Shown here piece by piece: positions 7,988 through 16,346 of a DNA stretch of 64,000 nucleotides. The notes below the pieces were generated by a model. That model was not told the origin of the DNA and did no database searches. It was given only the letters and a program-made list of their open reading frames with translations. The stretch's first letter is position 1; each line of letters begins with the position of its first letter. The stretch is from a virus, in the IMG/VR virus record IMGVR_UViG_3300045988_108212, positions 32,001-96,000 of that record, one strand, 5' to 3'. Both the position numbers and the translations under genes were made by a program.

Positions 7988-9208
7988 TCAATTCATGTCT
8001 AACAATATTTGCTCTTTAGTTATGTGTTGTTTTGGATATGCTGCGTTTAATTTATCGTTTTGTGATTCAATATGATCTTGTAATAAATGAACATAAATCT
8101 TTTCGGTAATCGTTACATTTGCATGTCCAAGATATTTTGAAATGACTACCATTGGAATTCCTGCCTCAAAACATCTTGTCGCAAAAGTATGTCTTAACCG
8201 ATGAACGGATACTGGCAAAAGATAATCTTTTTCATCCAATTGAAAATTAATTTGTTCCCTTGCACTTGCTAATACAGAATTTAGTGTTTGATTCGGCATT
8301 GGAGTATTGTATGGTGTGGTAAATAACAAATTTTTAAACTCAGATGATACATGACGATCTGCATATATAGATTTCTCTACACGTTGTTTTAATACGATTT
8401 GCTGTTGGAAAGCCTCGTATGCGACATCATTTAGTGGAATTTCTCTCACACTTGAAGGAGTTTTTGTATCGCCAATATAATATTGATATTTGCCATCAAT
8501 TTTATTTTTCTTTAAGGACTTTGTAATATGCACCGTCCTAGATTTCATATCAAAATCATTTATTGTAAGTGCGCCAACCTCTCCGTATCTTAACCCAGTT
8601 GTTAAAAGAAAAACATATAAATTATAATAGAAATGTCCATTCAAATAGTTAAATAACATTTGCTGTTGTTTAATAGTTAATGCCAGTACTTCATCTGAGA
8701 AAAGCTCTTTCTTTTTCTTTTTAACTTTGATCATTGTTACTGGGTTATAAGGAATACAATGTGCTTCTCTACTTTTTTCTAAGGTTTGAGAAATTATATT
8801 TTTTGCATTATCAATAGTTTTATCACTATATTTTTTCTTCAAAGTTTGAAAAAATGAATCTAATGTAAATTCGGTTATATCTACAACTCTAATATTTTTC
8901 AGACTTGGTGCGATGCAATTGTCATAAATCCATTCATATTGTTCCTGAGTATTTGGTGCCAAGTCAACAAATGCTATGCTTTTCCAACGAAAATACCAAA
9001 CTTCAAAAGTGTCAGTGCAATGTTTTGCATTTACTTTTAGATCGTCTTTTGCTCTTTCTTCTTTCAACCATTCCTTTACTTCTTTTAAACTTTTACTTTT
9101 TGTTTCGATGCGTTCTCCAAAACGATTCGTAAACCTTGCTTGATAACGTCCGTCCTTCCGCTGAGACAGGTACGTTCCAAGTTCTCTTCCTTTTAAATCT
9201 TTTCCCAT
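7988..9208 (-). CDS. int: Tyrosine integrase, Tn916-like
   Basis: N-terminus GRELGTYLSQRKDGRYQARF matches the Tn916 Int arm-binding region. C-terminus HRLRHTFATRCFEAGIP..LGHANVTITEKIYVHL carries the R..HxxR..Y catalytic residues. The start at 9208 has SD GGAAGGA; the track start at 9238 has none. Confidence 0.9.
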   Translation of the reverse strand: MGKDLKGRELGTYLSQRKDGRYQARFTNRFGERIETKSKSLKEVKEWLKEERAKDDLKVNAKHCTDTFEVWYFRWKSIAFVDLAPNTQEQYEWIYDNCIAPSLKNIRVVDITEFTLDSFFQTLKKKYSDKTIDNAKNIISQTLEKSREAHCIPYNPVTMIKVKKKKKELFSDEVLALTIKQQQMLFNYLNGHFYYNLYVFLLTTGLRYGEVGALTINDFDMKSRTVHITKSLKKNKIDGKYQYYIGDTKTPSSVREIPLNDVAYEAFQQQIVLKQRVEKSIYADRHVSSEFKNLLFTTPYNTPMPNQTLNSVLASAREQINFQLDEKDYLLPVSVHRLRHTFATRCFEAGIPMVVISKYLGHANVTITEKIYVHLLQDHIESQNDKLNAAYPKQHITKEQILLDMN

Positions 9209-9293
9209 GATTATACGTCCTTCCTTTTGTGTATTCATTGGAAAAGAATCTAAATTAAATTATAGTACAATTACAATATATCACATTTAGATT

Positions 9294-9509
9294 CTAATTC
9301 CTATCAATTACATAAGTATCTTCTAAATATTTTTCAAAAGCTTTTCGTTTAATAAGTCTTTTCTTGGTTCCTACATATAATTTAAATTCACAGTCTGGAT
9401 CATCTAGCATCTGATAAATTGTATTAATACCGATACTGCTATATGCCGATGCTTCTTCTGGAGTTATTGTAACTTTCTCCCATATTGGTACTATATATTT
9501 GTTTATAAT
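9294..9509 (-). CDS. xis: Excisionase, Tn916 Xis-like (71 aa), apparent ATT start; absent from the ORF track
   Basis: Minus-strand translation gives (I)INKYIVPIWEKVTITPEEASAYSSIGINTIYQMLDD..KKRLIKRKAFEKYLEDTYVIDRN. Compare my recollection of Tn916 Xis, ..IPIWERYTLTIEEASKYF.IG...IKRKQFEKII. GGAGG at 9515-9519 lies 5 nt before the ATT at 9507-9509. No in-frame ATG/GTG/TTG is available. Confidence 0.7.
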   Translation of the reverse strand: MINKYIVPIWEKVTITPEEASAYSSIGINTIYQMLDDPDCEFKLYVGTKKRLIKRKAFEKYLEDTYVIDRN

Positions 9510-9528
9510 ATATTCCTCCTTGCAATAA

Positions 9529-9558
9529 GAGAGAGAATCTAATAATAGAAACTCTCTC
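9529..9558 (-). terminator. Hairpin / probable terminator between ThyX-like gene and xis
   Basis: GAGAGAG / CTCTCTC 7-bp stem followed by TTATT on the minus strand. Confidence 0.4.
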
Positions 9559-9591
9559 CGTATATTATTTATCCATCATCAAATAAGGATT

Positions 9592-10353
9592 TTAAGATAT
9601 TTTCTTGAATCCTTGAATATGTTCTACAAGGTCTTTAAAATATGGTACATTGTCTAACATCCACTGGCAGAAGATTCTCCAATCCTTTACTGGATGTGTC
9701 TTTCGTGAAAAATACATATTTAAAAGCACTTCGTAAGTAAGAGAAAGATTTGCTGTGATATTATATCCCATAGGTAGCATTTCAAGAATTGCATTCCAAA
9801 TATTTTTATCCTTCGTTGCATTGTACTCATCTTTAAGTTCATTTAGTAACTGAATAGTATTTTCTGTATGTTGTTTAACTTTGTAGCCAAGCATATTTTC
9901 AACGTCTGAAATATTACTTTCATCATGGCTTGATAATGAGAATTTCTCAATTACAACATCAATACCTTCATGAGAAAAACTATCTAAGTCAAATTCTTTT
10001 TTATGAATTGTATGCATTTTAGAACAACTACATCTTGTTGTCCCAACTTTATATGTATCTGCTTGTGCCCACCATGTATGATGAGATGTAATTCGTAATC
10101 CAACTGGCAGTGACCGTAAGGCTTTTCTGTGATCCTTTCCTGCTCTTGCAAGTCTTTTAAATAAACCTAAATCCTTCTCTCCAATACAAAAACATGGATG
10201 CCAGATTTCTACGTTTCTTTCTTTATCATATTCTGTTGTGTGTCCAATGTGGCTATCGCTTAAGTGCCAACTATCATATGCGTTTCTAGCTCCTTCAATA
10301 GCAAACATCCACTGCTCTGGACTTGGGAATACTGGGTGTTCAATCTTAATCAT
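9592..10353 (-). CDS. Divergent ThyX-like (flavin-dependent thymidylate synthase fold) protein lacking the canonical RHR..S motif
   Basis: By-eye alignment to ThyX: GARNAYDSW vs AAR.S.D; GKDHRKALRS vs GHE.P.EH; C-terminal LSLTYEVLLNMYFSRKTHP..DWRIFCQWM vs the N.R.L.NF..LR....AQ.EIR helix. The RHR position reads DTYK. Confidence 0.4.
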   Translation of the reverse strand: MIKIEHPVFPSPEQWMFAIEGARNAYDSWHLSDSHIGHTTEYDKERNVEIWHPCFCIGEKDLGLFKRLARAGKDHRKALRSLPVGLRITSHHTWWAQADTYKVGTTRCSCSKMHTIHKKEFDLDSFSHEGIDVVIEKFSLSSHDESNISDVENMLGYKVKQHTENTIQLLNELKDEYNATKDKNIWNAILEMLPMGYNITANLSLTYEVLLNMYFSRKTHPVKDWRIFCQWMLDNVPYFKDLVEHIQGFKKIS

Positions 10354-10365
10354 ATATAAATCCTC

Positions 10366-10773
10366 CTATTTTAAATATGAAGAGAATACTAATTTCTCTT
10401 TATCTTTATCATCAACTGTTACATATCCGTGTACATTAGGCGGATGCCCTGACCAACTGATGTAGATTTTATAGTAATATCTCGTACAATCAACATATTT
10501 ACGTGTCACAATACAGACATATCCTTTATTCATGAAGTCTTCTAATACTGCAATACAAGAATCAAGTGACTTGTCAGTATCGCAAGACATTGATTGTGTC
10601 TTACGGTATGTTTCTGTTCTACCATTCATCTGTGCAGTTTCCCATATATCATTTACTAAGTCGTCATATAAGTCATCAAATATTTTACTTAATTGTGCAT
10701 TAGACTGCTGCTGTGAATACTCTTTCATATCCACAGCATTGATTAATCCTTTTGTTTGTGCAAAATAATTCAT
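10366..10773 (-). CDS. Hypothetical protein
   Basis: ORF abuts the dUTPase gene (TAA then ATG), co-directional. Confidence 0.55.
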   Translation of the reverse strand: MNYFAQTKGLINAVDMKEYSQQQSNAQLSKIFDDLYDDLVNDIWETAQMNGRTETYRKTQSMSCDTDKSLDSCIAVLEDFMNKGYVCIVTRKYVDCTRYYYKIYISWSGHPPNVHGYVTVDDKDKEKLVFSSYLK

Positions 10774-11295
10774 TTATTTACCTGTACTTCCAATTCCGCC
10801 AGTTCTTTCCTCAGTAACTTCTTCTCTATCAGCAACCCCATAGAGAGTAAATACACCTTGACAAAACGCTTCTCCTTTTTTAATTTTTAATGTATTTGGA
10901 CTACAATTCTTAATTTTTACAAAGATATGACCTTCGTTATCTGCAAAATAATAATCTTCATCAATAACGCCCGTTCCATTGCCAATCCATGCATCAGCTT
11001 TAATGCCAAGGCTACTTCTAATAAAAATAAACAATGTCCATCCTCTGAGGATCTTACATCTCATTCCTGTTGGAATAATGATTGCATCTCCTGATCTTAC
11101 AACAAAATCCGCTGGTGCAATAAAGTCATGTCCTGCTGATCCCTTTGTTGCTCTGGCAGGATATTTTAAACTACCATAAATTGATTCTTCTGGATATTTG
11201 TGAAATTTCTCTTCCCAGTCCTGTATGAACTGGTCAAACGATACTTTCTCAAACTCTGCAACTTTCATTAATCCGCTTTCTGTTAATAATCCCAT
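10774..11295 (-). CDS. dut: dUTP diphosphatase (trimeric dUTPase)
   Basis: GSAGHDFIAP, IPTGM, RSSLG, NGTGVIDEDYY, GEAFCQGVF and ERTGGIGSTGK motifs. The ATG at 11295 has GGAAAGGAAA upstream. The track offers a TTG start at 11343. Confidence 0.9.
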   Translation of the reverse strand: MGLLTESGLMKVAEFEKVSFDQFIQDWEEKFHKYPEESIYGSLKYPARATKGSAGHDFIAPADFVVRSGDAIIIPTGMRCKILRGWTLFIFIRSSLGIKADAWIGNGTGVIDEDYYFADNEGHIFVKIKNCSPNTLKIKKGEAFCQGVFTLYGVADREEVTEERTGGIGSTGK

Positions 11296-11367
11296 ATATG
11301 TATTTCCTTTCCATTTTCTTTGTGCAATTTTCACAAAATTCAATATTTCGTTATCATGTTATGTAAA

Positions 11368-11775
11368 CTATCGTTTACAAAGCATCAGAGGTAATCCGAC
11401 TTCGTTATAATAAGAATCCTCAAAAGTCATTTCTGGTTCGTCTTTGTACTGTTCTTTTAATTTTTCAACCAACAGATCTTTCTGTTTTTTCACTTCATCT
11501 TCAGTGCCATGCACAATTAAAGTTACATTGCCGTCATATACACCGTCATTAAATGTTTCAACTTCAATCATGTATAACTGACGATCTGTGTTAAGACTTG
11601 ACTTTTTAGCTGCCAGATATAGATAATCTTTTGGCAATTTATATTTCTTGAGTAGCTTGTCCACATCTTTAATGAAATCAAGTTTGTGTTTTTCTTCTTT
11701 AATCTGCTTCTGTAAACTTGCGTTTCCTACGTTTCTTTTATCGTTTTCAGTCATCATTACATTATTTGTACTCAT
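11368..11775 (-). CDS. Hypothetical protein
   Basis: ATGA overlap with the upstream gene. Confidence 0.55.
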   Translation of the reverse strand: MSTNNVMMTENDKRNVGNASLQKQIKEEKHKLDFIKDVDKLLKKYKLPKDYLYLAAKKSSLNTDRQLYMIEVETFNDGVYDGNVTLIVHGTEDEVKKQKDLLVEKLKEQYKDEPEMTFEDSYYNEVGLPLMLCKR

Positions 11776-12473
11776 AGTAAATTCTCCTTGCGTAGTTCAT
11801 TTTCTGTGTATCGGCAATATTCATCCCATAATCCTTTAGCATAAATATAATTTTTGCCTTTCAATCCCATCTTCTTCTGTTCTGCTTTCAAGTCTTGGAA
11901 TGTAAACTTGCGTGAGCATATCTTTTCTTTTAAGAATCTAGTTGCAATCTGCCCTACCTTATACATGTCCTCACGCTTCAAATTTGCAGTTAATTTCTTG
12001 TAGGTACTCAATTCATCATCTGGAATTTTGTAAGGTGTTTTTGGCAAGTTTTTCGGTGAAAAAGGTGAGATATATTTGTAAGTTCCATCATCACGGATTC
12101 TACTCTTCTGTGCCTTCAGTAACTCGGCAACAGTATCCAGATGTTTCACATCAAATCTAAACAACACTTCTTTATCAGTTTCTTCTATATAATAAGGAAT
12201 ATCTTTGTTTATCTCTCGAATCGCCTTTATAATGTTATGTCCTCTAATTAGTGAAGGGATATAAGCTACAAGGGTATATTCACCTCTATGCTTGCCTTTT
12301 CCGTAGTAATATATCTGATTACCAAATGAGCATTTTATGTACAAATCATCAAAGCTAGGATCTATTAATCCTGCATCAGTTCTAGGAAAATCATTAGTAT
12401 CCATGTTATGTGCTGCTACAACACGATACTTTCCAAAATATTCTTTACGCTGTAAGAAATTAGCCGTAGTAAT
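11772..12473 (-). CDS. Hypothetical protein (possibly ATT-initiated; conservative start ATG 12404)
   Basis: The ORF stays open 23 codons upstream of the ATG at 12404, back to TGA-ATT at 12473, just after AAGGAG. There is no SD before the ATG at 12404. Confidence 0.5.
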   Translation of the reverse strand: MTTANFLQRKEYFGKYRVVAAHNMDTNDFPRTDAGLIDPSFDDLYIKCSFGNQIYYYGKGKHRGEYTLVAYIPSLIRGHNIIKAIREINKDIPYYIEETDKEVLFRFDVKHLDTVAELLKAQKSRIRDDGTYKYISPFSPKNLPKTPYKIPDDELSTYKKLTANLKREDMYKVGQIATRFLKEKICSRKFTFQDLKAEQKKMGLKGKNYIYAKGLWDEYCRYTENELRKENLL

Positions 12474-12480
12474 TCACTCC

Positions 12481-12639
12481 TTATTTAGTTGATTTTGATT
12501 TAGTTGTCTTAGGTGTAATACCTGTTGGCGGTGCATCATTTGTATTTTTGTATACATCACGCACCATCTTCTGAATTGTTCGCAGACTCAAGCCATATGA
12601 GAGCTGTAACTCAATAACCGCTTTGGAAAGTTCTTCCAT
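12481..12639 (-). CDS. Small hypothetical protein (52 aa)
   Basis: [30 protein letters not shown]... The ATG overlaps the upstream TAA (TAATG). Below the track's size cut-off. Confidence 0.4.
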   Translation of the reverse strand: MEELSKAVIELQLSYGLSLRTIQKMVRDVYKNTNDAPPTGITPKTTKSKSTK

Positions 12640-12905
12640 TACTCTTCGTCCTCCTCGCCTGTAATAACGTCATCATTATCTTCATCAGACTTATCGTCTA
12701 ATTCATCGATCTCATCATCAATTTCTTCTCGTTCATGTTCGAGAAATTCAATCTTTTCTTCATTGTCATCAATCAATTCCTGGAGTCTAGCAATATCAAG
12801 TTTGCGAATAAGGAATCCGCCTGCTACCATAGCACCAAGAAATGTGCCAATGGCAACAGTTCCAAAATTGCAAAGCATAAACTGCCATAAGTGTAATTTA
12901 ATCAT
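12639..12905 (-). CDS. Single-pass membrane protein with a highly acidic tail
   Basis: The internal ATG at 12905 is preceded by GAGGAGG. TM segment [19 protein letters not shown], then a D/E-rich C-terminus. Confidence 0.5.
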   Translation of the reverse strand: MIKLHLWQFMLCNFGTVAIGTFLGAMVAGGFLIRKLDIARLQELIDDNEEKIEFLEHEREEIDDEIDELDDKSDEDNDDVITGEEDEE

Positions 12906-13024
12906 CTGTATCCTCCTCGTCATCTGGATAATTTTGTAGTTCAAACTCTTCCTCTAACTCAAACTGCTCAGAATCGTAATAGCAAGGGTCGTTTAACTGA
13001 GCGTCTGGGTTAGGTGGGTTATAC

Positions 13025-14026
13025 TTAGGATTCATCGTTACGTCCTCGATTTTCAAGGATCTCTGTGCAAATATCTCTGTCTTTTCTTTTTGATGCTACT
13101 AAATCAGCGATATGCATATCCCATAAGTTATGATATTTTTTTGATCCAAAGCGTTTTGCCCATTTTGTTTCTGTTTTAGTATTGTTAGGCTTCCACTGGA
13201 ACGGTAACATATGGTAGTTAATATAGAAAGCAATGTCTCCTATATTATGATTCACAAATAAAGAATGCTGATTTGCAACCTCATAGACCAACATCATATA
13301 TGCACCAATATTTTCGTGTCCGTAATAGTGTGCCACACCATCTTCATCGAATGTCTGAGTGTATAATTTACCCATATCATGATATTTTGTAGCCACTGAC
13401 ACTGCATAATCGTTATGAATCTTTTTTGAAAAATCGTAAGCATCCGTCATATGTTTGCCAAGAGATTCCATATGATACGGATTCTTCTGGTCAAAGTCGT
13501 TATATATTTCTGAAACCCACGTACTTTCAAGTCTATAGTTATATTCGTCTTTATTGTGAATATGATCAACAAATTCAATCTTATCCCATCCTTCTTCAAG
13601 GAATGGAATCTGGAATTTTCTTGCCTGCTTCTCAATTACATAATCTGGTACTGGATGTTCTCTTCCAATGTTATCTTTTCTGCATTCATCAATTGGTTTT
13701 ACGATCACCACACAAACTTTCTCACAATCAATACCTTTAATGGCATTGAGAATAGATCGTCTTGACTTCATAGTAATATTCGTTGCTTCAGCCACAACGT
13801 CAATACCATTTTTAAGATATTTAACGATTAGACTATGAAATGTCTGAAATACTTCTTTATTTTTGGACTGATCTTCTACTCTTCCACATATATTTTCTCT
13901 AATACCATCTGTTGATATGGTGATAACTTCATTGCCACTGTCTTGTGAAACAGTGTTTATGTATTGTGATTTGCCTGATGCGGATAAACCACATAATAGT
14001 GTAAGTCTTGGTTTTCTTTCGCTCAT
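13025..14026 (-). CDS. Bifunctional polynucleotide kinase (P-loop) / HD-domain phosphohydrolase, RNA end-healing enzyme
   Basis: Walker A GLSASGKS with a downstream D..R kinase pattern. C-terminal HD motif [20 protein letters not shown]. Confidence 0.7.
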   Translation of the reverse strand: MSERKPRLTLLCGLSASGKSQYINTVSQDSGNEVITISTDGIRENICGRVEDQSKNKEVFQTFHSLIVKYLKNGIDVVAEATNITMKSRRSILNAIKGIDCEKVCVVIVKPIDECRKDNIGREHPVPDYVIEKQARKFQIPFLEEGWDKIEFVDHIHNKDEYNYRLESTWVSEIYNDFDQKNPYHMESLGKHMTDAYDFSKKIHNDYAVSVATKYHDMGKLYTQTFDEDGVAHYYGHENIGAYMMLVYEVANQHSLFVNHNIGDIAFYINYHMLPFQWKPNNTKTETKWAKRFGSKKYHNLWDMHIADLVASKRKDRDICTEILENRGRNDES

Positions 14027-14035
14027 GATTCTCCT

Positions 14036-14797
14036 TTATTCTTCCTGATCTTGGTGTTTTAACAGATATTCTCTGCTAACATTTTTAAAACTCTGCCGTC
14101 CTGACATATCTCTGTATACAAATCCTTCTCTTTTAACTTTTGGATTGATAATACTGAATCCGTCAGCCTGAAGCTTAATCTCTTCCATTGTATCTGGCGT
14201 TTTGTAGTGTTCATTGATAATTGGCACATGTTCTAAGTTATTATCATCACAGAATTTTGCCATTTCCTGTGTACCTTTACGAATTCCTTCAACTACCAAA
14301 TTGAATACGAATAAACGATTCTCTTTAAATTTGTAAGGATTTCCTTGTACATTACCTGTACCTTCGCCCTGTAAAACAACACGATCATATTTATTTGCAA
14401 TGGCATAATCAGTTAAAACTTTTTCAATATTATATTTATCGGCAAGTTCCCAGTAAATATTAGAATCATGGTGACATTTCTGATCTCTGTCAGCTTGTCT
14501 AACATTTCTACTGCATACAATAAAGTCAAATTTGTTCTTGCCTTTCTTACGATCAACAGCATATGTACATGACGTTCCGTCAATCTTTTCTGTTTGAATC
14601 CATTCATTTGTTGATTCAAGCCATAGTGGGCAATTTTCAATTCTATCTTCATCGGTTTTTACAATCCATGATGGAAAATCTTTAGGATTGTCTCGTTTTT
14701 TACCGAAAATCATGAATAAGATTTTTCTACCGATGCTATATCTCATCATTTTTCTAATAATTGGTTTTGAGAAAACTTTTTTATGTCTGGCTACCAT
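14036..14797 (-). CDS. RNA ligase (DraRnl/DRB0094 type) nucleotidyltransferase domain, C-terminal fragment
   Basis: FPSWIVKTDEDRIEN, adenylylation motif EKIDGTS, LQGEGTG. No SD before its ATG. In frame with the upstream ORF across a single TAG. Confidence 0.7.
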   Translation of the reverse strand: MVARHKKVFSKPIIRKMMRYSIGRKILFMIFGKKRDNPKDFPSWIVKTDEDRIENCPLWLESTNEWIQTEKIDGTSCTYAVDRKKGKNKFDFIVCSRNVRQADRDQKCHHDSNIYWELADKYNIEKVLTDYAIANKYDRVVLQGEGTGNVQGNPYKFKENRLFVFNLVVEGIRKGTQEMAKFCDDNNLEHVPIINEHYKTPDTMEEIKLQADGFSIINPKVKREGFVYRDMSGRQSFKNVSREYLLKHQDQEE

Positions 14798-14803
14798 AGA
14801 CTG

Positions 14804-15208
14804 CTATTTAGCATTTGTATCTACTTTATTGGCTTTTCTTTTTGCAACCTTTTCAGAAGCATATGTAATTCTCAATTCTTTTGTGACGTCATCACCGATT
14901 TGTTTATCGGATAGTTCGGGGAATAATGCAATTGGCATCGCCAATCCCTGACTGAAGCATTTAAATTTTCCTAGTTTCATCGTTTTAATCTTGTAATGCT
15001 TTGTTTCCAAGAAAGCAAATCTCTCATCATCTTCTGGGCATTTACTGTCAATTTCAATAAATACCGCTTTATCTCCTACTTTAAATTCCCCAATTTGGGC
15101 AATCAGCACCCAACCAAGAACTCCAATCAATTCAATTTTATCTGCGCCCTCGATTGGCTTAATCCATGCAATTTCTTCAATATGTGCTAATGCTCTTTCT
15201 TTTGTCAA
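14804..15208 (-). CDS. RNA ligase (DraRnl/DRB0094 type) N-terminal OB-like domain fragment
   Basis: IEEIAWIKPIEGADKIELIGVLGWVLIAQIGEFKVGDKAVFIEIDS..FAFLE..KIKTMKLGKFKCFSQGLAMPI matches my recollection of the N-domain consensus of this ligase family. Ends at TAG 14804-14806. Confidence 0.7.
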   Translation of the reverse strand: MTKERALAHIEEIAWIKPIEGADKIELIGVLGWVLIAQIGEFKVGDKAVFIEIDSKCPEDDERFAFLETKHYKIKTMKLGKFKCFSQGLAMPIALFPELSDKQIGDDVTKELRITYASEKVAKRKANKVDTNAK

Positions 15209-15283
15209 GTTCCTTCTTACCTTAGTAAGTAGTGCGCACTTTATCCTATAGGAACTTTGCTAATTTTTCCTTTCCTTTAAAAT

Positions 15284-15949
15284 TTAATCTTCTATCATGT
15301 TTCCTTTTGCCTTATTGCAAATTTCACACATTAGTTGATAGTTGCTAATATCATCAATACCACCTTTAGATCGTGGTATAATATGATCTTTTGTTATTAA
15401 AATTTCATCACCATCATCATCGACTGCATATAAATTCAAGTGATAGCTCTTGTCTTTCAAACCTTTTTCTTTAGCAAAATATTTACCTTCGATTCCGCAC
15501 TTAACACATTTGCAGCCTTTAGTGAAGAATGTCTGATATCTCTGGCTATTGCCTTTAATCAAATCGCCATCGAATTTAACTTTTACTTTATTGTTTTGGC
15601 TCGCAAACATAACATTTTCCACTTTATCCCTAACTTCATCAATAGAATAAATACCCTTTCTGATATATTTATGAGTTGGTTTGTGAGGTTTCTGTTTTGC
15701 TTTAGTTAAATCAAAGCCTTTTAGGAGTCTTTTTACTTCGCCCAAACTATACGTCTCATCAAATAATGCACACCCCTTCCAAGCAACACAGGTAATCTTT
15801 GTGTCATTGGTTGGTGCCATAGGATTATTATGTTTATGAGAGTCGGTATCTAAATCTAATAACTCCTGTACTGTTCGAAATGATTGTTTTAGTCTCTTCT
15901 CACCGACCTGATAATATATTGTTAGCTTTCTTATCTGATGTTTGGACAT
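15284..15949 (-). CDS. HNH endonuclease (free-standing)
   Basis: C-terminal ITKDHIIPRSKGGIDDISNYQLMCEICNKAKGN, plus a CKCVKCG zinc motif. Confidence 0.8.
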   Translation of the reverse strand: MSKHQIRKLTIYYQVGEKRLKQSFRTVQELLDLDTDSHKHNNPMAPTNDTKITCVAWKGCALFDETYSLGEVKRLLKGFDLTKAKQKPHKPTHKYIRKGIYSIDEVRDKVENVMFASQNNKVKVKFDGDLIKGNSQRYQTFFTKGCKCVKCGIEGKYFAKEKGLKDKSYHLNLYAVDDDGDEILITKDHIIPRSKGGIDDISNYQLMCEICNKAKGNMIED

Positions 15950-15983
15950 GTTTATACTCCTTTCTTTATTTCAAAGCCAAATT

Positions 15984-16313
15984 TTATTTCTCTTGTTTCT
16001 TTTTGCTATAGTCACAGTCAATCGTAATTTTGATCCGTTTGATTATAGATGAATTCTCGTATTCGGTAACGTCTCTTGTTATTGAACCATTACACTTTTC
16101 ACACTGCTGCGAGTGTCTTGCTATCATATTTAACGTAACAGCCGCCATCTCTGCACATCTATGGCAAACATCTACCTCAGAAGAACCAAGAACTGACTGA
16201 TCAGGGCTATTGATTCCAAGGTATTCAACTGTTGGTATTGTTAATTTATGATGTTTGTCGGTACACTCTTTGTTGCAGAAATCACAGTAATATTTTGTTT
16301 CTGTTTTCTTCAT
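15984..16313 (-). CDS. Zinc-ribbon protein, paralogue A
   Basis: YYCDFCNKECT..CHRCA; similar to the neighbouring 16347-16712. Confidence 0.55.
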   Translation of the reverse strand: MKKTETKYYCDFCNKECTDKHHKLTIPTVEYLGINSPDQSVLGSSEVDVCHRCAEMAAVTLNMIARHSQQCEKCNGSITRDVTEYENSSIIKRIKITIDCDYSKKKQEK

Positions 16314-16346
16314 TAATTACATCCTCTGTTATATGCATTTTGTTAA

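Noticed and set aside
9209-9238. The longer integrase start at ATG 9238.
   Set aside because: There is no SD upstream of it. The ATG at 9208 follows GGAAGGA and matches my recollection of where Tn916-type Int N-termini begin. The difference is only 10 codons.
12898-13035. A 45-aa acidic ORF ([20 protein letters not shown]..) overlapping the end of the kinase-HD gene.
   Set aside because: It is plausible, since it overlaps both neighbours in the ATGA/ATGATTAA style. It is very short and has no recognisable SD, so I did not call it as a feature.
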